Shown: positions 1 to 11,218, counted from the stretch's first letter. The stretch: DNA of 38,872 nt from Rhodospirillales bacterium (GCA_038143065.1 JAYQLI010000007.1:1-38872), one strand, 5' to 3'. Program-made: numbers and translations. The notes: generated by a model not told the origin, from the letters alone.

Positions 1-194
1 GGTCCAAAACTGCCGTTGACACACACCCCTTAATGCTGTGGCAGGAGCCTGCTTTTCCACAATTCGCTGGGCGTACGAAAGTGGAGCTGTTTGTTACGCA
101 GTTCTCTTCAGGTTGAAAGGCGATATGCCATGTCGAGAAACTAACTCCAAAACAAGAGTGAGCATTCTTTAAATTTCTTTGATCCGATTATGCG

Positions 195-833
195 TTAGGC
201 AATAACGGCGCGAGCGAGGCGTGCAGCAGACGTAACGCCATCAAGGATCTTTTGAGACAAAACGCCATTGATGCGCTCTGAAATGGTCACTGCACCAGCA
301 CACCCTAGAATGACCGTTGAGATACCCTCATCTAATCCTTCGGCGGCACGGTAGAACGCTTCGGCGGCAGCCTCCGGGTCGTTCTCCAGAGTAAGAACTG
401 GAACCCGGGCGGCGAGCACTTGCGTGACCGAAAACGCCATTCCCTGTTGAACTATGTTTTGCTGGATAACGGGCACGGCGTCTTCAACGGTTGTGATAAC
501 CGCGGCGGAACCGGGTCGGAGTGCAGCAAGTACAAAACTTGATTGTCCGATACTTAGGACGGGACATTTGGCAATCGCCTTTGCTTCGCTAAGACCTGTA
601 TCGTCAAAACAAGCGAGGATGACAGCTTGAGCACCCTCGTTTGATGCACGCGTCACGAGGTCGAGTAGCGGCGGAATTGCGCGTGCACCGTCCTCAGGGC
701 CTTCGATTGACACCGGGCCATGCTTCGACGTCCAACCTTCGATGTTCAAATCAGGGGCCGCTGCACGCGCCGCGTGCAAAGCACTTTGCGTCATGGCCTC
801 GGTACTGTTGGGATTGATCAAAATAACCGACAT
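195..833 (-). CDS. Aspartate/glutamate/hydantoin racemase family protein (HyuE/allantoin racemase-like)
   Basis: N-terminal ILINPNST..MT motif, GPVSIEG, and the two catalytic-type Cys motifs LACFDD and LGCAG; start taken at MSVILINPN. Confidence 0.85.
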   Translation of the reverse strand: MSVILINPNSTEAMTQSALHAARAAAPDLNIEGWTSKHGPVSIEGPEDGARAIPPLLDLVTRASNEGAQAVILACFDDTGLSEAKAIAKCPVLSIGQSSFVLAALRPGSAAVITTVEDAVPVIQQNIVQQGMAFSVTQVLAARVPVLTLENDPEAAAEAFYRAAEGLDEGISTVILGCAGAVTISERINGVLSQKILDGVTSAARLARAVIA

Positions 834-860
834 TCGAAACACCTATACATTCGAAAAATT

Positions 861-2378
861 CTAGACAATTCCGGCCTTCAATGGGATACGCCGTTCAAGA
901 TTGAGCGCGTATTCTCCAGCCCGAGAATACATTTCGCGGTAATAGGGCAGAACCTCGGCCATGCGTGCATCAGCAGAATCTATTGCCGCCTTCTTACCCG
1001 CAAAAAAGGCAGACGCCTCAGCCAGAATGCTATCTTCGTCAATGGTTTGCAGCTTTCCGTCATGAGCTACGATTTGACCTGCCACCATTGTGAGCCGGAC
1101 AGATGTACCGCATTCACAATGAACAAGTTGCCGTGACAAGTCGTTCAAAGGGACAAAAGGCAGGGACTTGAGATCGATCACGATCAGATCCGCGGGTGCG
1201 CCCGGCAACATCTGACCAAGTCCCGGTTCGCGCATCGCAATACCGCCCCCTTTTGTAGCGGCATGGAGGACTTCCTGCGCTTTCGGCCATCTTTCGTAAT
1301 CCCAGTCGCTCAGGTTGTGAATGACACTGGCCGTCTTCATCACCGACCACATGTTAATCGCGTCATCCGCAATGGCCTCGTCCACGCCAAGACAGACCGG
1401 GATCCCCGATCATGGATGTCCCGCCAACGCATTATGCCGCTTCCGAGTCGAAGGTTGGAGTTTGGATTGTGGGCGATGATTGCCCCCGATGCTGCCAATA
1501 AATCAAGGTCGCGGTCATTCACCCAGATCGCATGGATGACGTTCATCCTGTCACTAAGAAGGCCTAATTCATGGGTGTGTTCCACCAACGACCGACCGTT
1601 GAGGCAAACCTCGCCGTAAACACGCTGCAACCGCGTTTCCAGCATGTGAGCATAGAAAGGCAGATTGTGGCGCAAGCTCAGGTCATCAAGTTGCGCGAAA
1701 TAGTCCGGCGATACCCTTTGCGGAGCGGAACAGGAGACAGCCGCTTTTATCCGATTATCCGCTGCCCCGTGCCAGCGGTCAATCAAGTGATCGTAAAGTT
1801 CCAATAGCCTTGGCGCCGGAACGCCGCTCGGTTCTGACAGCGATTTGCACAAATCGGCTGGCAAAATTTCTCGTAAGAACGGCAGTTTCTCTAATTCGTT
1901 CAGTTCAGGCTGATCAAGGGCGAGGCGCACGCGGATGCCGCTGTCTTCATATGCTTGCGCCACAGCATCGATGATATCTGGTTCGGGCGAGGGAACAAAA
2001 AAACAATCATCCTGTACCGAAGTCGTTCCAGAGCGCAACATTTCTATGCAGCCCAGCATGGTCCGCAAATAGGCTTCGCGCGGGGTCGGACGCAACAATT
2101 CTAACTCAGGGGATTCATAGAGCATGAAAATCTCGAGTGGCAGGGAAGGCAGCCGCCCCTTCATGTGGTTTACCGCCGAATGGAAATGTCCGTTCACGAG
2201 GTCCGGGCATCAGCAGGTTGCCGCCTCCCTCGATCAGATGGTCATCGGCTCGCGGTTCGATGCGGTCTGCGATTTGCGAAATGCGCCCTTCGCTCACCCG
2301 CAGATCGCAAGGTTTGGTCATGCCATCATTGTGAGCTAAATCGAAAATCCGAACATTCTGAAAAAGCGTTTGGGTCAT
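861..2378 (-). CDS. Metal-dependent amidohydrolase (AtzA/TrzA/GuaD-like), split by frameshifts
   Basis: Three overlapping ORF pieces (2115-2378, 1340-2197, 861-1385) join into one protein: LMPG-x-NGHFHS, HMLET, HAIW, AHNPNSNLRLGSG, GxD, PADLIVID. Its ATG overlaps the upstream TGA (ATGA, 2375-2378). Confidence 0.85.
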
Positions 2379-3913
2379 GTCCTGGACGATCCTTGATAAA
2401 AGGGAAGCGCGCGCCAGTGTTTTGCAGGTAATCCGCGTAAAACGCCTCGACAACCGGGAAGACATTGGAGCGCAACTGATGGCGTTCCAATTCCTCCGCG
2501 TCACGAGGATTGGCAAGCACTTCGGCGATTTGTGCCAGAATTGCACCTCGGTCTATCAGGGTGAAAGTACCGTCTTGATAAACGACTTGCCCTCCAATCA
2601 TCACCGATGACACATCTTTGGTCTTGGCGCGGTGAATGATGGCGTCCAGCGGTGCGATGTCTGGATCCTGAAAGGGATATGTGGCCGTGCGGTAGTCGAG
2701 GATCACCGCATCCATTTGGCGGCCTACCTCTAGGCGGCCGATTTCTGCACCGAAGGCAGTCGTGAGCCCCCCATGCTCCGTCGCCATACGCAAAACTTGC
2801 GCCGGGGATGGCACCTCGTCTGGTTTCAAGCCCGGAACCCGGTGCACAGTCAAAGCCATTCGCATTTCCTGCAACATATCGCGATCATCATTGATCCCGG
2901 CCTCATCCATCCCCATGCCCACGGTCACCCCGCGCTTTTGCAGTTCCATCAGGGGCAGCACCCCGGACCGCAGACGAAAATTTGAGGAACAGTTGTGGCA
3001 AACACAGGTGCCAGTGCCCCCGCAGATCTCGATATCTTCTTCGGTCATCCAGACACCATGGCCAAGCGTCATGTGCGGGCCCAAGCCCGAGCTTCTCCAG
3101 ATGCTGGACTGCCGTGGTGCCAGTCCGTCGATAGGCGTACTCCTTCTGAAAGGGCGTCTCTAGAAGATGCATGTGCATGGGCACTTTGGCCGAAGACGCC
3201 TTTTCTTGGATGGCAAGCAGCCCGTCATCTGTCATCCAATGCAAGTTCGCGGGCGCAAGCTGGATCCGTGCACGTCGGTTCTTGTTTTGGGCGACCAGCA
3301 CGTCAAACAACTGCATGAAGTCATCAAATTGCATGGTCTGCTTGGCGAAATGCTTCGCCATGACCTTGGCAACATCAGGTGGTAGCCGTTTGCAGAATTC
3401 CTCATCTGCCTCATAGACAAAGCGGTTCTGCTCGCGCACCGCGTAGCAGTATGAGACGCGCATCCCGATGTCTTCATATGCCTTCAGAACTCCACTGGCC
3501 GAAGCTACGACATCATCGAAATGGCCAAGTGACCAGCCCTGGATGTGTTGAACCGTCGTCACCCCAGACGAGATCATCTCAAAGGCAGAGAACAAGGTAT
3601 CAAGGTAGGGGTCAATCTTGCGCATCGCCAGACGAGCGGCGAACCATAGTTCCAACGGGTAATCGGGCGCCCCCAGTTGCAAAGGGGTCAGGCCAAGGTG
3701 ATGGTGACTGTTCACCAGCCCCGGTATTATCATGTGGTTGCTATGGGTGGTGACGCTGGCCTTTGGATAGGCCGCGATGATTTCGGCCTTCTGTCCTATG
3801 CTCAGAACCAGTCCATCCTCAAAGGCAATGGCGCCGTCGTCGATCATTTCGGGCAGGCCGTCATCTGTAACGCCGATATTAACCCACCGGGCCGACACGA
3901 TACTGACCGTCAT
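2375..3913 (-). CDS. Second metal-dependent amidohydrolase (AtzA/TrzA/GuaD-like), frameshifted
   Basis: IIPGLVNSHHH, HMHLLET, LGHGVW, CHNCSSNFRLRSG and GMDEAG motifs across ORFs 2903-3913 and 2326-3084. Confidence 0.85.
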
Positions 3914-4701
3914 GCTATTTCCCGCTCTTGTTCTTTGAACGACTTTTCAACCTCTTCCGCCAGCAGAGCTTCGCACTGAATAGCAAGGTCAATCATCTCG
4001 GGACTACGCATGTCGCGCGGGCGCGGGGCAGTGATCGGTATTTCTGCCTTGATCTGGCCAGGTCGCGCCGTAAAGACGACAACGCGGTCAGCGAGCGCCA
4101 ACGCCTCTTCGATCGAGTGAGTGACCAGCAGGACCGAGGCTTTGGACGTTTCCCAGATGTTCAGCAAATGTCCCTGCATGCGCGCGCGGGTTTGAATGTC
4201 GAGCGCAGCAAAGGGTTCATCCATCAGCAAGACCTTGGGCTCCATCGCCAAAGCGCGGGCCAGAGCGGCGCGTTGGCGCATGCCGCCTGACAGCTCATGC
4301 GGCCGTTTATCCCCGGCACCGACAAGGCCAACCAGCCGCAGCAGACGTTCGGCAGCCTCGTCCTGTTCTTTCATGCTCTGGCCGGCGATTTTCAAACCGA
4401 AGGTGATGTTGTCGCGCACGGTTTGCCACGGATAAAGCGCGGCTTCTTGAAAGATCAGGCTGCGTTCTGGGGAAGGTTCCGTCACCTCCAGCCCATCAAA
4501 GGTCACGCTGCCTTCGGTCGCGTCTTCAAGACCCGCGACGATATAAAGCAACGAGCTTTTCCCGCAGCCTGAGGGCCCGAGCAGCACTACAAACTCGCCA
4601 AGGGCGACGTCTAACGTCAGGTCGCGCACGGCGGGCACCGGCTCTGGCCCGCCCGGGTTCCAGGTTTTGAATACATTGTTAATTTTCAGGCCCAAAGTCA
4701 T
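3910..4701 (-). CDS. ABC transporter ATP-binding protein, NitT/TauT/SsuB family
   Basis: Walker A GPSGCGKS, signature LSGGMRQR, Walker B LLMDEPF, VTHSIEEA, C-terminal PRPRD. Confidence 0.93.
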   Translation of the reverse strand: MTLGLKINNVFKTWNPGGPEPVPAVRDLTLDVALGEFVVLLGPSGCGKSSLLYIVAGLEDATEGSVTFDGLEVTEPSPERSLIFQEAALYPWQTVRDNITFGLKIAGQSMKEQDEAAERLLRLVGLVGAGDKRPHELSGGMRQRAALARALAMEPKVLLMDEPFAALDIQTRARMQGHLLNIWETSKASVLLVTHSIEEALALADRVVVFTARPGQIKAEIPITAPRPRDMRSPEMIDLAIQCEALLAEEVEKSFKEQEREIA

Positions 4702-4702
4702 A

Positions 4703-5594
4703 TCACAGCCCTCCAACGCTGGAAGGGCCGACCCACCACAGCACTCTGCGTTGTACATATCTAAGCGTCTGATCAAAGGCGAAGCCGGTCAAACCGATCA
4801 GCGTCATGGTGAAAAAAACAAGGCTAGCATTGAATGTGTTGCGCGCCATCATGGTGACTTGACCAAGACCAGAGCCGACGCCAACAGCCTCTGCAATCAG
4901 AACCACCATCCATGCTGCGAACAAGTTCATGCGCAGGGTCACGAAAAGCTCGGGCAGGATCGAAGGCAGGATCACATGGCGGTAAATCTGCCGCTTGTTG
5001 CACCCCCATGATCCGTGCAAGCTGGATGTAGTGCACGGGCACATTGTCAATCTGGCTGAGTGTGGCCAGCGTCATGATGAAGAAGATGGCAATGAAGACA
5101 AGGAAGATCGCGGGCGGATTGCCGATACCGAAGATGAACACCGCGACCGGAAGCCATGCAACTGGCGAGATGGGCGCAAGCATTGTTACCAAAGGAAGCA
5201 CCAGCTCGCCAAAAATCTTGAAGTAACGGATGCCGATCCCAATGGCCAGAGAGAGAATAAAGCCCAGTACCAGCCCAGCAGCCACCCGGAACGACGACCA
5301 AGCGATCACGCCGAGGACAGAGAAGATAGAACCACCTGTCGCAAGCGCGCCAGCACGCGTCCCACCGGGATCGAAAAAGCGGAACTGATCCGTCAGATTC
5401 GCCAAAAAGATATGAGGTGGCGGGAGCAAGAGCGGGTCTGCCCACCCCCGCCACCAAGCGAATTCCCAGATGCCAACGAAAATCGATAAAGAGGAAAAGA
5501 CCCACAGGGTAGGTTCAAGCCGCTTGACTAATCGCCTTAAGATTGCGTTCTTTTTGCCCTGTTCAACAGGTGGTTCCATAGTTTCGTCGGTCAT
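4703..5594 (-). CDS. ABC transporter permease, NitT/TauT family (frameshift near 5000)
   Basis: LLPPP, PISPVAWLP, VILPSILPELF and AEAVGVGSGLG motifs plus hydrophobic helices across two ORFs. Confidence 0.9.
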
Positions 5595-5603
5595 CTTGAG
5601 TAA

Positions 5604-6664
5604 TTACGCAGCTGTTTTGAGTTTCAGATTGCCGTAGAGATCGCCATTTTCCACGATCACTTCCTCCAGCAAGGTCCAATTCATGGCTGTATCGGGAAGG
5701 GTGTTTTTGACGTAGCCCATTTTTTGCATGGAGACTGAACGCTCGATGAAGAAGTTAGTATTGTTCCGCTGGTCGATCATGACGGGCTGGCGCGATTGTG
5801 CGAGGGTGAGCGCCTCAAGCGAGGTCTTGTAGTATGTACCTTGCGTCGCGGCCAATGCAGCGGCAGTGTCCGTTTCGGATTGATACTGCGCCGTCATCAT
5901 CGCTTTGATCACTGCTTTTACGGCTTCCGGGTTTTCTTCCAGAAGTGGTGTCCGAGCAGCCAGCACACAGTCTGAATAGCCGGCTCCGTAAAGGTCTAGC
6001 CCATCGGTCAAAATTGAAGACCCAGCCCGTTCCTGCAAACACTGGGTTGCATAAGGTTCGATGTGGCTTACCGCGTCGATGGCACCGTTGATGAATGCCG
6101 CAGCGAGCTCCGGAGACGAGTTGAAATATTTGACTTCGGCGTCAGCAAACGCCATGCCTGCGGACGTCATATAGTCATAGGGCAGCACCTCAAGTGTATC
6201 AGCCTGGAAGGTGCCGATGGTCTTGCCTTTCAGATCGGCGGGGAGGAAATGCCCTCAGACCCGATCAGAATGCAACCTTCGACCCCGGCGCCCGCCACAA
6301 TCTGCACTGGGGCACCTGCATCGACCAAGGTGATGAAGTTTGAGTAGGGAATGACCGACACGTCTACCATGCCAGCTCCAAAAAGCGTTACAACGTCCGT
6401 GGTTGTGGGGGTGACAACGAAATCAAGCTCCACACCATCAGCTTCGGCCAGTTGGCGCTCTTTGGCCAGAAAAATGCCAAGGTTGCAGAGCCCGCCACCA
6501 TGGGTCGCCTTGATCCGTGTCAGGCCCTTAGCAGCCGCTTCGCTTGCGCCTATTAGCCCAGCTGGTATAGCAAGGCTTGCTGCGGCCGCTGCACCACCCT
6601 TCAGGAAGCCACGTCGGCTCGCCTCTTGAATCTTATGATATGTATTTCCGCATCTTTCGCACAT
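5604..6664 (-). CDS. ABC transporter substrate-binding protein (SsuA/NMT1-like) with Tat signal, frameshift near 6230
   Basis: SRRGFLK twin-arginine motif and AAA cleavage region; first gene of the ABC operon; RBS AGAGGA upstream; N-terminal CxxC. Confidence 0.85.
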
Positions 6665-6676
6665 GTTAAGTCCTCT

Positions 6677-6748
6677 CTGTCAGGACACAAACGAAGGAGT
6701 TAGGTCGGGTAATAAAGGCAAGCGACCCCGTCACTTCGTTTGTGACAG
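6677..6748 (-). promoter_or_regulatory. Structured 5' leader hairpin immediately upstream of the ABC operon RBS
   Basis: Perfect 11-bp inverted repeat CACAAACGAAG (6686-6696) / CTTCGTTTGTG (6734-6744), inner GGTCG/CGACC stem, outer CTGTCA/TGACAG pairing. Confidence 0.5.
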
Positions 6749-7299
6749 TTTCGGCACGCCAACCATAAAAGCAGTTAGGCGGAAGAAGTTGAGAACCGAC
6801 TAACCACTCTGCGCTATCTTAGTTTTTCTTTATGCGGCCACAGTTCACCAAGCCAAATCAGGACCGCGTCAAAAATTTTCTGCAAGGTGCTAAATATTTA
6901 GCCGAAAAAATCGGGCACGCAAAAAAAATAGACCAAACCGAGTCAAAGGCGTGGTGGTAAAACACCTGCGCGAGCATAGAAAATAACTTTCTTGCGACTC
7001 GAATGTCTTAGATTTTCATATTTATTGCCCTCGCATCTTGTTTGGGCGCCCGCTTTAAGAAACTTGGATATTTGGAATGCGCTTGCAGCGAAGCTCCACT
7101 TTCGCAATTGGTGTTTTTCACTGCGGACGGAAAATGCACAAAGAGGACCATAGATCAAAGAAATCAAATAGCAGCTTCGTCCGCATAGCGACATTTACGT
7201 CTTCAACCCGAAGGTCAGCTTTATAATATTTAATCATTTAAGCAGTGATCATATTGGCAGTGTGAACAGTTATCAGCAATGTCAGGCGGAGGAATTACT

Positions 7300-7545
7300 C
7301 TAAATCTACCCAAACAGAGGGTCTACTTTGATTTTTTCAAAGAACGCCTGCAAGCCTTCTAACGTGATGCCCAATGTACGATCATTAACTAAAGGGTGCA
7401 CATAGATCTGCTTGCAGCTTTAATCACTATCAATAAACAGCTGAACTCCCGTTTCAGCACCATTAATCATGGCAAGTGGTGTGACAGCCCCCGGCCGAAC
7501 ACCTAGGTTTTCCATTAGGCGCTCGGCAGATCCGAAGGACAACCG
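7300..7545 (-). pseudogene. C-terminal fragment of a ProX/PrdX (YbaK-family) aminoacyl-tRNA editing protein
   Basis: Manual translation: RLSFGSAERLMENLGVRPGAVTPLAMIN...QIYVHPLVNDRT, typical ProX motifs; N-terminal half absent. Confidence 0.75.
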
Positions 7546-7801
7546 CCGCGCTACATCTGCAAACTTCTTGGTAATCACAAGGAAGGTCCGTTCTTGTGTC
7601 GGAACTTATATTCTAGATAGGTATCGTCAGGGCGATTTCTTTGGCTTCATTGAGGTGCTTTCTTCCCTGTACTGATGCGTATGGGCTTACCATCAATGCT
7701 GAGTGCAGCTCTGCCATCTTTTACTGCGGGTTCGCGACGATACACACGAACTTCACCGTCCAAGATCAACACAGTATCATCTCGCAAGTGTCGCAAGCCA
7801 A
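7546..7801 (-). pseudogene. N-terminal fragment of a phage-type tyrosine integrase
   Basis: Manual translation with indels: LRDDTVLILDGEVRVYRRE..WQ..IDGKPIRISTGKK.LNEAKEIA..YLEYKFRHKNG..VITKKFADVAR; RBS TAAGGAG upstream; no catalytic domain. Confidence 0.65.
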
Positions 7802-8239
7802 TCTCCTTACCGAATTATATGGCTCACAACACCGACAAGTCTACCAAACGTGCGTTTTGATTAGGAGGAAAATCCAAAGACCAAAGACTCTGCTCATTTT
7901 TTAAACACAGTTTGTCGTCCCGTGTTACTTTCAAATTCTTTTTTAAAACTCAAAATCGAGACGCATCGTGCCTCTCCAAGAAGTTGACTAGAAGGGTCGC
8001 CAGGAAGTGCGGTTCACTATCCGCCCGTTGAACTGCAGGTCGCTCGTTGATTTCTCAGCCCACTCTAAAACATACTTGTAACTGGCTACATCCAAAAATT
8101 CTCCAGCTTTATACCAATCTACCAAGCACCAACTGTCCACTTCGAGAGCCAAATAGCTATATCTGCAATGGAATAGCTTGAACCATACAAATTGTACTTG
8201 AGCCAGACGCTGATCATGTTGCCGTGACACCTCTACTAA

Positions 8240-9426
8240 AAGACGTCTGCATAGCAGGGCTTGGATTTTGGCTTTTCGGAAGTTTGATCATTCGTCTTGT
8301 CGCGCCAGCAGAGTTTCGGACATAAAGCGTTTGAGGTTTGGTTATGCGATTGCGAGGGTTTGCGGGTTGAGGGTTATTTTGTTTGGGGCCTTGAGCAGGT
8401 TTTGCCCGATTGCCGCCATCGCCAGTTGGGCGTGGGTTTTGGTGACGCCAAAGTAGCGTGCGCGGTGCAAGCCAAAGAGACGTTTCATGGTGCCGAAGCA
8501 TTGCTCTACCCGAAACCGGCGTTTGAAATCAGCTTGTTGAAGCGCTTTTCTGAGGCCCGCAGCGGACGATTGCGCGCCGCCTTCCTCATGATCCCGTCGC
8601 GGTGTTTGTCACGCAAACTGGCGCGGTTGGCCTTGCTTGCATAGGCCTTGTCCGCCAGCACGCGCTGTGCTTTCGCGCCTTCGATCATGGTTTCAAATTG
8701 GGGCTCTCAGCACTGGTTGGCAGGGGTGGTGTGGACCTTATCGACAAATCCTTCCTCATCCGTGCGGGCAAAGGCCTTGTAGCGAGTGTGGATTTGGCCC
8801 CTTCTTTACCCAACGCGCATCCGGATCGGCGCTGTAATACATCTGCGGATCATCCGGGGCTTCGCCTTCGGCCCGATCTTCGGGCGCGCGTCGATATGAG
8901 GTGCGGGGCCAGGCGGCGCTTTCCACCAAAGTCGCGTCGATGATCGCAGCCTCGGCCTCCTTGAGCTTCAGCCCATGCGCCTCGATCTGACGGCAAACCT
9001 CAGCCAGAAGATCGTCGTAAACACCACCCACCTTTCACCAAAGGCGTTGCGAAAGCGACAATGGGTCGTCTCATCCGGTACAGGCGTGCAGATTGAGCCC
9101 GCAAGATCATGAAATCCAGCCGAACCTTCAGCGCCCGCTCCAGCTTGGGGTCGCTCAGACCGTGCCATTGTCCAATCAGCAGGCACTTGAACAGGACCAG
9201 TGGATCATAACCTTGGGGGCCGACACCGGAACGTCCAAGACCGCGTTTGAGAATGGGCGAAAACCACGACCAATCCATCAGCGCATCAATCTTGGCCAAG
9301 GCATCATCGACCCCAATCCGATCCACGCTTCACGCAAAAATAGGTCCATGAAAACATCCTCGAAAAACTGCGAAAACCATACAAGCTCAGACAGTTCAGG
9401 GAATCCCGTCGTTACGCAGAGGTCTT
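8240..9426 (-). mobile_element. IS5-family insertion sequence (about 1.19 kb)
   Basis: Imperfect terminal IRs AAGACGTCTGCATAGC and (reverse complement) AAGACCTCTGCGTAAC; direct repeat ACTAA at 8235-8239 and 9427-9431; internal transposase. Confidence 0.85.
8420..9349 (-). pseudogene. IS5-family transposase, multiply frameshifted
   Basis: YDPLVLFKCLLIGQWHGLSD, VPDETT.CRFR, IIDATLVE, DPDARW and LADKAYAS spread over several frames; ends approximate. Confidence 0.8.
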
Positions 9427-10293
9427 ACTAATCTTTTGTTCACGATGGAAAGTGTAAATACCTGTAATCACTATAATGAGCGTCCCAGCTAATGTTGGTC
9501 GATCAGGCCATTCGCCAAACATTAAAATGCCGAGGCCTATGGCGCCAAGCATAGAAGTGTATCTGAAAGGAGACACAAAACCAATCTCTCCCGTCCGCAT
9601 CGCCATTACACTGAGTAAAGTAGCAATCAAAACTGCGAAAGCTGCGCCTATGAGCAACAACCATGATGATGTACTTACTGCATGCCATTCTGCCCCAACC
9701 ATCATGATTCCAGCAAATACAGCACTGCCGATAGCTGTCGATAGAACGACAGTAATTGTGGGCACTTCCTGCGCAAGTTTACGCGTCGCAATTTCTCTCA
9801 CGGTAATAAAAATAATTGCTGCTAAAGCTGATAGTGAATAAACATTAAAACCGTCCAGACCAGGTCGGACAACGATTAGAACACCCATAAATCCTACGAG
9901 AATGGCGCTCCAACGCCGCCACCCAATTGGCTCTGCAAGAAAAAGCGCTGCCGCCATCGTTACGGCTAGCGGTAGTGCTTGTAAAATAGCTGTTACATTG
10001 GCTAAAGGCATATATTTAAGGGCTGTCAAAAAAGCGAACGTAGTGCAAATCTCCGCGCCCACCCGCAACCATATCAGGCGTATGTCCTGTTTGGCTAAGT
10101 TTCTAAGTGTGACTTTGGTAAGCCAGACCATCAGCAAAACTGGTGGAACTGTAATGATACTACGCAAAAATACTGCTTGGAACAAAGCGATGTCAGAAAA
10201 TAGAAATTTCATAAAGGCATCATTGATAACGTAGGCAAATACACTGCAGCCAGTCATCAGAGCAGCGCCTTTCATGTTATTAGTAAGACGCAT
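9412..10293 (-). CDS. DMT/EamA-family transporter; last codons supplied by the IS end
   Basis: About 10 hydrophobic helices, LAEPIGWRRW..GVLIVVRPG, VSPFRY, FGEWPD; start taken at MRLTNNMKGA. Confidence 0.88.
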   Translation of the reverse strand: MRLTNNMKGAALMTGCSVFAYVINDAFMKFLFSDIALFQAVFLRSIITVPPVLLMVWLTKVTLRNLAKQDIRLIWLRVGAEICTTFAFLTALKYMPLANVTAILQALPLAVTMAAALFLAEPIGWRRWSAILVGFMGVLIVVRPGLDGFNVYSLSALAAIIFITVREIATRKLAQEVPTITVVLSTAIGSAVFAGIMMVGAEWHAVSTSSWLLLIGAAFAVLIATLLSVMAMRTGEIGFVSPFRYTSMLGAIGLGILMFGEWPDRPTLAGTLIIVITGIYTFHREQKISKTSA

Positions 10294-10306
10294 CAATAAT
10301 CCCAAA

Positions 10307-11218
10307 TCATGTTTTAATTCTCTTTTGATGTTCAAACAATGCAATGCCACCAAATACAAAGATCATCGCAGAAAGGTGGTAAAGACTGAAAATTTCGCCC
10401 AAGAGTATCACCGCAATGATGGCGGAAAATACGGGTACTAGATTAGCATATAAACCGGCCGACCCAGAACCTATCAAATCCACACCACGCATGAAAAATA
10501 TCTGTGAAACAAAGGATGGCACGAGAGCAATGTAAAGAATAATCAACCACCCCTTTGGTCCAGGCATGATGGTTCCATATACTGCGTTTTCGATTGCCAT
10601 TAACGGTATTGTCATCACAAATGCAGCAACCGAGAAATAGCCCAACATAACCAGCCCTGAAACCTTTGGCCTGTTTTTCAGTCCGATAGCATACCCTGCA
10701 TAAAAGACACATGCGACAAGCATCAACAAGTCACCAGTGCTAAAGGTTAAGAGCAATAGGTTTTCTATTGAGCCTTTAGACACCATTACAACCACACCGA
10801 TGAACGTCATTATAAGTCCGAAAATTTGCAATGTATTAATGCGAGACCCAAATATGAAAAATGAACCAAGTAGGATCATGCCAGGCATCGTGCTTTGTAT
10901 AATGCCCAAGTTTACTGCGGTCGTGCTATGTGCTGCGATATAGAAAAGCGCATTAAACATGCTCAACCCAAAACCACCCATCAGAAAAACCCATTTAAGC
11001 CTATTACGAATGGCGGGCCATTCTTTGATCATCTCTTTTCCATGCAAAGAAAAGATTAGTAGAACAACTAGTCCCCAACGCAAGAAAATCAGCATCATGG
11101 GTGAAACTTCCCCAACCGCAAGGCGACTGGCAACGGCATTACTGCCCCAACCTAATGTGGCGAGACAAAGCACTATCGGAGGATTTGCATAAATATGAGA
11201 CATAAGGGAGACAGCCAT
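10307..11218 (-). CDS. DMT/EamA-family transporter
   Basis: LCLATLGWGSN, FLRW, FNALFYIAAHSTTAVN, NLVPVFSA..LLGE; about 10 TM helices. Confidence 0.9.
   Translation of the reverse strand: MAVSLMSHIYANPPIVLCLATLGWGSNAVASRLAVGEVSPMMLIFLRWGLVVLLIFSLHGKEMIKEWPAIRNRLKWVFLMGGFGLSMFNALFYIAAHSTTAVNLGIIQSTMPGMILLGSFFIFGSRINTLQIFGLIMTFIGVVVMVSKGSIENLLLLTFSTGDLLMLVACVFYAGYAIGLKNRPKVSGLVMLGYFSVAAFVMTIPLMAIENAVYGTIMPGPKGWLIILYIALVPSFVSQIFFMRGVDLIGSGSAGLYANLVPVFSAIIAVILLGEIFSLYHLSAMIFVFGGIALFEHQKRIKT

Noticed and set aside
1-130. Possible transposase tail or IS end at the window start
   Set aside because: Only a weak FRTPSE-like similarity, with no recognisable IR or further motifs.
720-6629. Many plus-strand ORFs antisense to the catabolic operon (and similar shadow ORFs over 30.5-38.2 kb)
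   Set aside because: They are shadow frames of GC-rich genes, with no motifs or RBS.
861-6664. Programmed frameshifting or phase variation in the split genes
   Set aside because: Indels occur throughout the window without consistent slippery or repeat motifs; sequencing error is simpler.
7988-8230. 80-aa ORF as a defined gene
   Set aside because: No recognisable motif; it may be real but cannot be supported.
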